From an uncultured virus (IMG/VR IMGVR_UViG_3300020472_000011) (lineage: Duplodnaviria; Heunggongvirae; Uroviricota; Caudoviricetes): 64,000 nucleotides of DNA. This document shows positions 9,998-19,700 of the stretch, piece after piece (position 1 is the stretch's first letter; each line of letters opens with the position of its first letter). The notes beneath the pieces are model-generated. The model saw only the letters and a program-made list of their open reading frames with translations, had not been told where the DNA came from and searched no databases. The stretch spans positions 1 to 64,000 of IMG/VR virus record IMGVR_UViG_3300020472_000011, one strand, 5' to 3'. Position numbers and translations under genes: made by a program.

Positions 9998-10225
9998 CTA
10001 CCAGTCAGGATATGACTCTTCTACAGTACGTTTTTTCTTTCTGTTCCTCACCACCCTCTCTACAGTACACAACTTACATTCATACGAATATCCAGATGGG
10101 TTACCTCTCTTATTTTTTCTTATTAAATAAAAATCTGCTAACAAGTCTTTGTCTCTACCACAGACTCGACATGTTCTTTCTCTGAATAGTAGGTGTTCTA
10201 AACCGAACTGTTCATCAAGATCCAT
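9998..10225 (-). CDS. Small zinc-finger protein (endonuclease N-terminal-like)
   Basis: CRVC...FY...YSYECKLC: two CxxC motifs; start overlaps the gp17 stop. Confidence 0.7.
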   Translation of the reverse strand: MDLDEQFGLEHLLFRERTCRVCGRDKDLLADFYLIRKNKRGNPSGYSYECKLCTVERVVRNRKKKRTVEESYPDW

Positions 10226-11880
10226 TACAAATCAGGAAGCATATAAGTTACAGATTCTTCTGCATCACCATAAGCCCACATTTCACCATCACCATCTATA
10301 AAGGTGTCGTCACCTAATCCATCATCAATGAATCCAAATGGAGCCATGTCCTGTTCAATCTGATTCCTCTGCTCTTCATATATCCTTCTTCTGACATCTT
10401 GGTCTGTCATTTCTTTGAAGTAGTCTTGCATGACTAACCAAGAGAATAGAACCAGACACATCACCAAGTCATCATGGTATCCTTCATCTGCTTCCCATGC
10501 TTGCTTCCTCTGAATGAAAGTCGTAAGCTCTTGTAGTATATGAAAATCTTGGAATGTTAATTTGTCTTCTTCTAGAATTGCTTTGAGGTTTGCACAACCT
10601 TGCTTCTTAACTGTGATACTCATCTTGACACCAAGTTGAGTCTTAGTACCAGAAAATCCCTGACCTACTATCTGCCCTGCTCTACCTCTCATAGCACACA
10701 TGAGTACGTTAGGATACTCAAGGTCGTAGTTTAACATTGCTCCTATACTATCGCCAATGTCATTGACCTCCACTAGGATATATGGAAAATTATAATTCTT
10801 TGCTACCTGAAATATTCTCGACGGAAACATGACAGGCTTAATCTCATTATCTCTGAATTTCGCAACAACCTTATACGGCAGAGTGGTGATGTCAAACACG
10901 ATGAAAGCAGAATAGTCGCCACCAATTCCTCTGGCAACATCGACAGTAATAATATATTCATGATCTTCTTGTGATCTTTCGTAAATATCAAGTCCAGCAT
11001 TACTAACTATGGGTTCGGTGAATGGTATCGCCTGTAATTTAGATGGCGATATAAGAGTATCAGCAGATCCAAGAAAGTCGCATTCAAACTCTTGAGCGAA
11101 CTGTCTCTTGGACGTGTTCTTCATAGTCTCCTCTTTCCATTTAGCATCTCTGCCTGGAACTTGAGACCAGTGTACTTCATTTGTAACATATCCATTCTTA
11201 CCATTTCTGGCATCTTCCCACATCTTATAGAAGTGGTTCATACCATTAGGTGTAGATATGATTATGACTTTCGTTGACTTACCAGAAGTAATAGTAGGAT
11301 ACACAGAAGCAAAAAACTGTTCTGCAACATGGTTGGGAACAAAAGCAAATTCATCCAAGAAAAGGATATTGAAAGACATACCCCTAACAGCACTAGCAGA
11401 AGTAGACGCAGCCAATATTTTAGATCCATTCTCTAACTCCACACTACCTTTATTCCACACAAGTATTCCATGCTGAATCCACTTGGGTAAGTTTTCATAC
11501 GCTAGTTGTAGTCTACCTAAGAGTTCTCTAGCAGTACTAGCCTTGTTAGCGAGTATCCCAATATTAACGCTATCATTGAAGATGCAATAATGTAAAAGAT
11601 ACGCCACCACAGTGGTGCTCTTACCAGTCTGTCTAGGAAGTTTAGCAATGTTAAATCTATTTTCATGGAAGTCCATTAAGATCTTCTGCTGAAAATCATA
11701 CATGGTAAAAGGTACTAGACCCTCATCCAAGTTGATAATCTGCATATACTTCATAGCAAAGTAAAGTGGATCATTCTTACACTTTATCCACTCTTCTACT
11801 TGTTCTTTAGTAAATTGTATCTCAGTACCAGCCTTCTTCAGGTTGGGGTTACCAAGATATATCTCAGTTTTACTAACCAT
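10225..11880 (-). CDS. gp17: Terminase large subunit gp17
   Basis: YLGNPNLKK, Walker A PRQTGKST, Walker B FLDEFAF, STPNG.NHFY, DVARG.GGDYSAF, HDDLVM. Confidence 0.99.
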   Translation of the reverse strand: MVSKTEIYLGNPNLKKAGTEIQFTKEQVEEWIKCKNDPLYFAMKYMQIINLDEGLVPFTMYDFQQKILMDFHENRFNIAKLPRQTGKSTTVVAYLLHYCIFNDSVNIGILANKASTARELLGRLQLAYENLPKWIQHGILVWNKGSVELENGSKILAASTSASAVRGMSFNILFLDEFAFVPNHVAEQFFASVYPTITSGKSTKVIIISTPNGMNHFYKMWEDARNGKNGYVTNEVHWSQVPGRDAKWKEETMKNTSKRQFAQEFECDFLGSADTLISPSKLQAIPFTEPIVSNAGLDIYERSQEDHEYIITVDVARGIGGDYSAFIVFDITTLPYKVVAKFRDNEIKPVMFPSRIFQVAKNYNFPYILVEVNDIGDSIGAMLNYDLEYPNVLMCAMRGRAGQIVGQGFSGTKTQLGVKMSITVKKQGCANLKAILEEDKLTFQDFHILQELTTFIQRKQAWEADEGYHDDLVMCLVLFSWLVMQDYFKEMTDQDVRRRIYEEQRNQIEQDMAPFGFIDDGLGDDTFIDGDGEMWAYGDAEESVTYMLPDL

Positions 11881-12334
11881 TTAATGTACCAAATTGTCTA
11901 CGGATTACACGTAGGTCTTCAAAGTTCTTTTGTTTAGTTCCACCATCATAAGGCCAAGCATAACCTTCAGTGATCATCTTCTCATTAAGGGACACATTTG
12001 AATCCCCGATATAAAGCCACCCAAGAAGACGACCGTATTTACCGACCCCACCAACAAGTTCAGTCCTAATAGAAAGCTCATCAGGACCGTCAATACTATT
12101 TTTGAGTTTTTCTTTGAGCCAGTTGGTTGCGTCGATTCCAAGTGCTTTCTCCTCTAAGTCTCGTGTTCTTTTCTCAGGAGTATCAACTCCTGCAATTCTA
12201 ACTCTTTCTTTCTTGTATAGATCAAACCCAAGATCAATGGTAACGTCAATAGTATCTCCATCAAGAACTCTGTTGATCTTCGTCACTCGGAAGTTGTAAC
12301 AACTCTTCCGTGACGGTGGTATCATTCCAGTCAT
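11873..12334 (-). CDS. Thermonuclease/SNase-like endonuclease
   Basis: RVLDGDTIDV, RVRIAGVDTPE, GKYGRLLG, LNEKMITEGYA. Confidence 0.88.
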   Translation of the reverse strand: MTGMIPPSRKSCYNFRVTKINRVLDGDTIDVTIDLGFDLYKKERVRIAGVDTPEKRTRDLEEKALGIDATNWLKEKLKNSIDGPDELSIRTELVGGVGKYGRLLGWLYIGDSNVSLNEKMITEGYAWPYDGGTKQKNFEDLRVIRRQFGTLNG

Positions 12335-12422
12335 CGTATTTAAAAATCCAATATATTACATAGCCTACTGCTACAAGTAGTATTGCTATCATTATATTTA
12401 TAGACCAAACTACATCGCTCAT
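12261..12422 (-). CDS. Small membrane protein (53 aa) overlapping the nuclease 5' end
   Basis: Manually translated MSDVVWSINIMIAILLVAVGYVIYWIFKYDDWNDTTVTEELLQLPSDEDQQSS; ATGA-coupled to the upstream ORF; single TM helix. Confidence 0.55.
   Translation of the reverse strand: MSDVVWSINIMIAILLVAVGYVIYWIFKYDDWNDTTVTEELLQLPSDEDQQSS
12395..12402 (-). promoter_or_regulatory. T4-type late promoter upstream of nuclease/gp17
   Basis: Exact TATAAATA on the minus strand, inside a small ORF. Confidence 0.55.
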
Positions 12423-12706
12423 GATACTTTAACTTTCCATTGAGAATTAGGATCTATTTTATCCATAAAATTAAATCCAGATCCCTCTGGATATATGTAT
12501 TGTCCATTCTCATCAAACCTACCTGAAGTATCTGCTATCCTTGACTCCTTTGATGGATACTTAGGATAGGGTCTCTTCCCTGCTCTCATCTCATTACCCT
12601 TTCTCCTTCTAGTTTGATTACCAGTTTCAGGAATATTATCTTTGTCCAACCAAGCAGTGCCTAGCAACTCTTTGATCATCTCTTGTGTGTAACCGTTAGG
12701 ATGCAT
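12419..12706 (-). CDS. Hypothetical protein
   Basis: 95-aa ORF coupled to both neighbours. Confidence 0.7.
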   Translation of the reverse strand: MHPNGYTQEMIKELLGTAWLDKDNIPETGNQTRRRKGNEMRAGKRPYPKYPSKESRIADTSGRFDENGQYIYPEGSGFNFMDKIDPNSQWKVKVS

Positions 12707-12999
12707 TAGTAATGATCCTCCAATCCTTCTTGTGGTGTAGGTTTCCAGTCCTTACCATAGTATTTTTCTAGTATATTATGATGTGGTGCATCTGTTCCTA
12801 CCACTACCTTCTTAGGTGGTGGAGGTGGGAACATTTCCATCTGTATCTCAGGCACAGAAAAGGTGTCACCACCTTTTCGATGATGACACCAATAGAATGT
12901 ACCGTCTTCTTTTTTATATAAGTGGTCTGCTTCGTGTGGACTCAGCAGTACCATCCTTACAATCTTATCACCATCTTCAATCACGTTGCCTCCAATCAT
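12706..12999 (-). CDS. Hypothetical protein
   Basis: 97-aa ORF in a tight run; contains a PPPPP tract. Confidence 0.65.
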   Translation of the reverse strand: MIGGNVIEDGDKIVRMVLLSPHEADHLYKKEDGTFYWCHHRKGGDTFSVPEIQMEMFPPPPPKKVVVGTDAPHHNILEKYYGKDWKPTPQEGLEDHY

Positions 13000-13276
13000 C
13001 AGATCGTTCTTGATGAAACCATTCCACTACTTCATCTGGAGAACCGAAACCCCTCTTATGATGAGTTGGATCGGGGTCTCCTATATTCAACTCATTCAGA
13101 AAAGACTCGTTAGGATTTGTTGCCATCCTTCTAGCAGTCTTTAACATACCTCTAGCAGCAGTATTTGCTTTACCAAGTTTCTCTGCCCAGATCATGTTTT
13201 GTATTGAAACATCAGTACCAGAAGCAATGTCTTTACAGATAGCTTCTAGTCGTAACCGATATTGTGTTGAAAGCAT
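12977..13276 (-). CDS. Conserved cyanophage-type hypothetical protein
   Basis: MLSTQYRLRLEAIC...MIWAEKL...ARR...GDPDP...DDWRQRD. Confidence 0.75.
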   Translation of the reverse strand: MLSTQYRLRLEAICKDIASGTDVSIQNMIWAEKLGKANTAARGMLKTARRMATNPNESFLNELNIGDPDPTHHKRGFGSPDEVVEWFHQERSDDWRQRD

Positions 13277-13281
13277 TTAAT

Positions 13282-13599
13282 TTACCATCGTTGTATTTTA
13301 CTTATACCATTTTTAACCATGTCATTTTCTACAATGATCTTAGTCTTCTCTGCGATATCATCCAAGATATTAACGTCAAGACCTGCGAATGGTGGAATGA
13401 TACCAAGTATGCGAAGTAATCCATCTACAAATAATGCAAGACAAGTGAATCCTAAGATCATGCTAATGATCGTTGCATCTCTATTATGCTTACGCATAGA
13501 TTCTTCATCAATGGCACGTGCTTCTGCAACAGCAGCAGCAATCATTTCATCAACTTCTTCCTTTGTGTAACACAGAGATTTAATTTTTTCTTCAGTCAT
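13282..13599 (-). CDS. Hypothetical membrane protein
   Basis: YTKEEVDEMIAAAV then hydrophobic ATIISMILGFTCLALFVDGLLRILGIIPPF. Confidence 0.75.
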   Translation of the reverse strand: MTEEKIKSLCYTKEEVDEMIAAAVAEARAIDEESMRKHNRDATIISMILGFTCLALFVDGLLRILGIIPPFAGLDVNILDDIAEKTKIIVENDMVKNGISKIQRW

Positions 13600-13778
13600 G
13601 GGCTACTCTTTGAAAAAGAACAGTACCCCTGCTCACACATTGTATTAATCTTTTCGATTAAATTTTGGTACTCATCCCACATATATTCTGAACCAGTTTG
13701 TTCCTGATACAGTTTACAAGCAGTGGTTAGACGGTATACGTCTGCTTCGTTAAGTCGCATATCTTTCACGGCATCCAT
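13596..13778 (-). CDS. Hypothetical protein
   Basis: 60-aa ORF (ACKLYQEQTGSEYMWDEY), ATGA-coupled to the next gene; true start may be MRLNE. Confidence 0.65.
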   Translation of the reverse strand: MDAVKDMRLNEADVYRLTTACKLYQEQTGSEYMWDEYQNLIEKINTMCEQGYCSFSKSSP

Positions 13779-13824
13779 ATTTAATTATATCATATTTTAA
13801 AAAATGTTCAATACGGCACAAATA

Positions 13825-14238
13825 CTATTTTGATTTGCCCATCTGTTTAAGCATCTTTTGTAGTTCTGCTGTGCTACCTACAAACATAGCATTGTTTGTA
13901 ACCTTACTTGGACCTTTCTTCTCTCCATCAAGATCAGCAACTTTCTTTTGAAGATCCATTAATTTATCAGTCATGTCTGCTACCTGCTTCATGGCGTTTG
14001 TAGCAACTTCAAATGCTCTTGGATGCCCTGACTCCTGTGCAACCTCTAACGCTCCTTGTACTGCCTCCTGACCCTTAGAAATAAGACTGTAGAGTTCTCC
14101 TCTAGTATATTCATAGTCTTTCTCTCTGTCTTCTGTGACATCCTTTAGTTGCTGCTTCCTAGTAGTGCAACCTCCTTCTGGTTTAGTGGAGACATCAATG
14201 TCTAACATCTCCTCCATATTTTTATCTAACTTACTCAT
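13825..14238 (-). CDS. gp16: Terminase small subunit gp16
   Basis: DYEYTRGELYSLI.KGQEA, HPRAFEV, NNAMFVGSTAELQKML. Confidence 0.95.
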   Translation of the reverse strand: MSKLDKNMEEMLDIDVSTKPEGGCTTRKQQLKDVTEDREKDYEYTRGELYSLISKGQEAVQGALEVAQESGHPRAFEVATNAMKQVADMTDKLMDLQKKVADLDGEKKGPSKVTNNAMFVGSTAELQKMLKQMGKSK

Positions 14239-15050
14239 AATACTGTAAATCCTTCATTAAATCCAAAGTCGTCTGTGGAAACTACCAGATCATCATCTTG
14301 TGTATCAATAACTCCATCTGCATTCTTATCTTCTAGAGCCTTAGGTGAGTAAGATCTCTCAACATTCCTCTTACCAACGTTCTTGTCACCGACAGTTTCA
14401 ATGACACGTGCCTTACGTATGACATCTGCCTTACTGTAAGGACCGTAGATGTAAGACTTAACAGTAAACTGTAAAGTCCAAACTATACTCCTTCTCTCTA
14501 GGAAGCTGTCATCCCAATCATCTGCATAATCAACACTATTCAAAATACATGCAACGTCTCTTGTCTCATTCATATCAGGAATGAACTTAAGACTCACATT
14601 GAATGATGGTTGGAAATATGGAAGTATTTGTTCTAATATCTGTAGAGCATCATCTGATGACTTAGCAATGATACCAAGTTCAAACGCCATGTCATAAGGT
14701 ACTGGAACAAACTGTGTTTGTATCTGCTTTGCATTATCTGTGCTACCAGCAGCAGGAATAGCAGCTTTAATCTTTTTGATAGCACTGGTCTTTCTACCAC
14801 TATCATATGTTACGTTGGTTAACTCAAAGTATAAACGTGGTAGTTTAATCGCAACCTTCTTTGTTACGTCTGGACTTTGTTCTAACCTATAAAGGAATTT
14901 ATTCTTAGGACCATATGCTAGAGGAACTTTCTCTGACTCTATGACAGTTCCAGCATTATCCGTCTTTCTAATTTCTATGTTATTAAAAAGCGTACCGAAA
15001 CCAATAACCGTTTTCCGTATCGCTTCATTATAAAAATGTGGTCCTAACAT
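14235..15050 (-). CDS. gp15: Tail sheath stabiliser / completion protein gp15
   Basis: FYNEAIRKTVIGFGTLFNNI, VPLAYGPK, DALQILEQILPYFQP. Confidence 0.96.
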   Translation of the reverse strand: MLGPHFYNEAIRKTVIGFGTLFNNIEIRKTDNAGTVIESEKVPLAYGPKNKFLYRLEQSPDVTKKVAIKLPRLYFELTNVTYDSGRKTSAIKKIKAAIPAAGSTDNAKQIQTQFVPVPYDMAFELGIIAKSSDDALQILEQILPYFQPSFNVSLKFIPDMNETRDVACILNSVDYADDWDDSFLERRSIVWTLQFTVKSYIYGPYSKADVIRKARVIETVGDKNVGKRNVERSYSPKALEDKNADGVIDTQDDDLVVSTDDFGFNEGFTVL

Positions 15051-15931
15051 TAGAAGTCACCTGTTGTAAAATTACCAAATTCTCCGAATGGGTTTACCTC
15101 ACCCCAATCAATCAAATCATCAGCAGCGTCTTCGATTTCTCTATTGTCTGCTGCTGCCCTATCACCCATTGTCAAATTGTCAATGGTAGTGATTGTTCTT
15201 GCTGTGGTACTAGTACCTCCAGTAAGAGTCTCACCAGTTAGGAAGTTTCCTGTTCTATTTATGATGGTTAGTATATCGGTTGAACGATCCCAATATGCAA
15301 CTTCACCCTCAACACCACTGGTAGAACCAGTTATAGTTTCACTAAGTGAATACTCACCAGTGCCACCAGTGTCCATTTGTATAGAGATAGAGGTAGAGAA
15401 TATTTCTTCTACTACATCCACTTCTGGTATACCAGTCTCAAACTTATCATCACCAATCTGATAGAGCTCAGCACTCATTTGATAAATGTATGTCTGACCT
15501 AACTGATAGAAGGGAGCTTCTCTTTCTACAAATTTGATTTCATACAATGCTTTCGTGAGTGGATAGTATATTAAATCACCTTCATTAGGTCTACCATCTA
15601 CAGTTGTGATATCTGCAAACTCTTGAAATACCTGACTCCATCTATTTTTTGATACAACAAAAGTAATCTCGTCGGTTATTGTTAAACCAAACTTACTAAT
15701 AAATTCTGATGGTGATCCAAATCCCTCTACGTTTACAAGGAACATCTCAATCATGTACTGATTCTTAAACTCAGAATACAGAACATCATCAAGGGTATTA
15801 TCCTTGATCATCTTACGTGGAAGATAATAGCAATCAGTACCAAACAGTTTTATTTGTTCATCAATAAGTGACTGTACAAGAGACTGCTCACTACCAACAC
15901 CACCATGTTGAGGAAAATATATGCTCTTCAT
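15050..15931 (-). CDS. gp14: Neck protein gp14
   Basis: EQIKLFGTDCYYLPR, SKFGL, RPNEGDLIYYP, PFYQLG, NPFGE. Confidence 0.95.
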   Translation of the reverse strand: MKSIYFPQHGGVGSEQSLVQSLIDEQIKLFGTDCYYLPRKMIKDNTLDDVLYSEFKNQYMIEMFLVNVEGFGSPSEFISKFGLTITDEITFVVSKNRWSQVFQEFADITTVDGRPNEGDLIYYPLTKALYEIKFVEREAPFYQLGQTYIYQMSAELYQIGDDKFETGIPEVDVVEEIFSTSISIQMDTGGTGEYSLSETITGSTSGVEGEVAYWDRSTDILTIINRTGNFLTGETLTGGTSTTARTITTIDNLTMGDRAAADNREIEDAADDLIDWGEVNPFGEFGNFTTGDF

Positions 15932-16737
15932 CCTATCATATCCATAGGTGGTAGTTCAAAGGTGCTTGAAGACATTTCCATTAGTCTTGCAATTTCATCA
16001 TTAGCATCATTGAACAATTCTCTACCATTAAGTTGGACACCACCTGGTAGATTAACACCTTGAAACTTGATTAAGTTTTGACCCCACTGCCTCTTTATCT
16101 TAGCAGTAGAATATTGTTTTACGAAAGGATCATTATAAACTTGTGTGAAAGTATCTGGTTCTAATGCTCTATAGCATTGTATAACAAGATACAATTCTTC
16201 TGTTAGCATTGATTCATCAATATCAAGATATAATCTATCTTGCCTTTGGTTAAATCTATACTCAACAAATGCTCCGTTGTTTAGAACCATGTCAATAGTT
16301 TCTAACCACTGCTTAACCATAAAGTAGTTAAGCATGTCAAGAGAACCAAAAGCATACAGGTCATTCAAGAAGATCTGATACTCAATACCAAATAGGTTGT
16401 TACGGATAGCATTACTTGCTAATCCATATACTTTAGATATCCCCATTATGTGTTGGGGGATCATAATATAATTATCTGATCGTTCCCACTTAGTACTATC
16501 AGCATCTGACATGATAGTCTCAGACTTACCATCAAATCTGGCCTTGTCATCTGCTGTGATCTTATGTTTTAGATACATCAACTCCATACCATCATAATGA
16601 CGCTCCCTGTAATATTGGAGAGCATCATCGATAGCATCACTTACTTGATCGTCATCAACATTGACCTCAAGTACAGGAGCCCCTAATTGTCTTTTGCAGT
16701 AATCTGCTAATTGTGTTCTACTAGCTGGTTGTGCCAT
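15928..16737 (-). CDS. gp13: Neck protein gp13
   Basis: YCKRQLGAPVLEVNVDDDQ, KRQWGQNLIKF.GVNLPGGVQLNG. Confidence 0.96.
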   Translation of the reverse strand: MAQPASRTQLADYCKRQLGAPVLEVNVDDDQVSDAIDDALQYYRERHYDGMELMYLKHKITADDKARFDGKSETIMSDADSTKWERSDNYIMIPQHIMGISKVYGLASNAIRNNLFGIEYQIFLNDLYAFGSLDMLNYFMVKQWLETIDMVLNNGAFVEYRFNQRQDRLYLDIDESMLTEELYLVIQCYRALEPDTFTQVYNDPFVKQYSTAKIKRQWGQNLIKFQGVNLPGGVQLNGRELFNDANDEIARLMEMSSSTFELPPMDMIG

Positions 16738-16745
16738 ATGACCTC

Positions 16746-19700
16746 CTATGCTTGTGCTTCACCCCATCTGAGGTTGATCGTGCTGTTGAATGCGTTACCT
16801 GATGTACAGTAAACGTTAATCGCCAGAACGTCAGGACCATTCGGGAACGTACCTCGACCACCGATAGGAGTATTAGTCAACTCTTTAAGTTCGGTTAAGT
16901 CAATACCATCCCTTTGTCCTGGTGCTGCCACGAAGGAGAAGATTCGTTCACCTGGCTGAGCATATGGAGGAACAATGAATGTATATGTTGTAGTACCAGA
17001 GTTTCCTGGATACGTGTTCTGGGAGAAGACGATCCATACTTGAGTACTATTAGCATTTCTAATCTGTGATACAGTTGAACCACCAGGTAGTGATCCACCA
17101 GTCACCTGCATACCTACCTGAACTCCTTGAACATCAGTCTTGTCGAATCGAACCCACTTAGTCCAGTAGTTTCTAGTAACTCTGTTAACAGCAGTAATGT
17201 TAGCACCACCAGCACTCCAGTTAGCACTAGATCCAGATGCAATCTGAGCGAATGATGGTTGTCCACCTTCACCAGATGTATTCAAACCACCCCAAGTAAT
17301 GTCAACAGGGTTTGCTGGATAGTTAATCGGGTTTAGAATTCCTTCAACGATAACTCCCTGAGAAGAACTACCACCCTGTGTAGTAATTTCTACACTCTTC
17401 AGTAGCAACTGTGCTCTGTTGATTAGTTCTCTCTCACCCAAGTCACCAGTCAGTGCGTTAGACACACTAGGTGATAGACGGATTAGGAATACCGTATACG
17501 GTGTGACTGAGATCTCAATCTCAGATTCCTGATAGTTGAAGAGGTATCCTCTATCTTCATCGAATCCACCATCTGTTAGATATGCAGAACCCCAGTGGTT
17601 AATCTGTGGTGTTGCAGTAGTGGTGAGTAGAATCACACCCTCGTTCTTAGTATAAGAATCTGCTGGTCCAGCAGTGTATGTTCTGTTTGCTCCAGCAGTA
17701 TAGTTGTTTAAGTTTGCTGTTCTTGTAAGACCAACAAGTCTATTAAGTGTTGTATTTCTAGAAGAATAACGAATCAATTCGTTACCAACATAGACAACAC
17801 CTGTGTCTGGGAATAGAGTTACATCTGCAACTGGAAGATAATCAATAAAACTATCGGTAACAGCAGTTGTCAATTTAGTTCTTGGTCCTTCGTTTAGAAC
17901 CTCATACCTAACAGGTAAGTTACCTGAACGCATGAATGCTTCTCTGTTCCTGTTGTTGTTCTTAAGTCTGTGTGCGAACACAAAGTTACCTGATGGACCT
18001 CTGAACATCCAGTCAATAAATCCAGCACCATACCATGTATACTGGAATCCAATCATCTGCATGGTATTGATCTGAAGTTCGTATCCTGACTTACCAGTAC
18101 CATCACATTTGTCAATGTTCCATTGTGCTTGTGGAATAATAATATCTCTAGTCAATGCAGCCTTTGTGTTAACTGCACCAACCGCACCCCTGTAGTCAGG
18201 GTTAACTGTCATATTTTGATCGTCTATAATAGAAGTAACAACATGACTCATTCCACGAATAACTAATCTATCACCAGTAGTTAACTGTTCAGTGAACTTA
18301 GTATTCGTTCCTGATATAAGGTTGTTATCTGGTTGAGCACTTACAGTACCAGCAATCTGGAATGTAGAAGATCTTAAACCAACAGATAAGTTTGTTCCAT
18401 CATACTGGAAGAAGATACCATTCTGATCATCGAACGCACCAGATCTTACAGTAGAACCTTTCCACTTATACAGAGATATACTTGGTTGTTGACCAAACTC
18501 AGCATTAGTATCAGCAAGTGTTCCTGTAGCCAAGACAGTTAATGTAATTTCATTAATGATACTTGCAACAATATAGTGACCATCATATCCAGCAGTTGTT
18601 ATACCACCAAGAGCAATCTCAGCACCAACCTGTAGACCATGATCAACGTCATCAGTAACTACAGTTATAACACTACCAAAATTAGTACCATCAGCACTAA
18701 CTGATCTCAAGTCATATGAAGGAGCGAATAAAGCACCAGTAGTATACTGAATACCTTTACCTGACTGGTATCTAATATATTTCTTAGATTGACGAATCGC
18801 CTGAGCACCGTGTGATGGTGAACCTGTTCCTAGTTGCACACCACCGTCAAATGGTCTGTGTGTATAGAAACAGTCTGGTCTAGTATAGAGTTCACCAGTA
18901 AGAGAAGTATTAGTATCAATAGTACCAGTGGTTCTTGTAGTATAAACAAACTTGTTTAGGTTAGGAACTTCTTCAATAAAGAATGGTCCTGAAGCAAGAT
19001 CATGGTTATTACCAGTAGAATCAATAGCAGAAAGGATTGTATTTCCTGGAACCAATCCATGATTGTTAGCAAATGTTGCACTTATTCTTGCAATAGCAGA
19101 GTAAGTTATATTAGTACCATTATTAATAATACCACTAGTTGTAGCAGATAAAGAAACAGATGGATAGAATGCAATACTCTCTCCTGATACTGGAGTACCA
19201 GATGCAGTGATAGCAGTAATCTCTCCAGTTAGATAATCAATGTCTGTGACAGTGATAGTCATATCGTTAATGGTTGGATCACCACCAAGTTCTTGACCAC
19301 CGATTAAGAATTGATAACCAATTTGGTATCCACTACCACCATTAGCAATTTCAGGAGCATAGTTACCACCAGAAATCTTAGGTAGGAATGTTGCATTAAA
19401 TGCTATATTGTTTGCAGTTAGTGACTCGAATGTTGCATTACCGTCTGCTGCTGTACCACCAATACTGAATGCAGTGATCTCACCAGATGCACCAACACTG
19501 GTTACAGTAACAGTTAAGTCATGAGTAGCAGTTTCACCACCTAAGATTCCACCATCAATGATAACAGTATCATTCGGTTGGTAACTAGAACCAGGGTTGA
19601 TTATAACAGCACTATATGTTGGTGTGGTTGTTGTATTCTCATTGGGGGTAAAGTTTGAATGAGCAATTGTTTGAGTATCAGCAGTACCACCTCCACCTTC

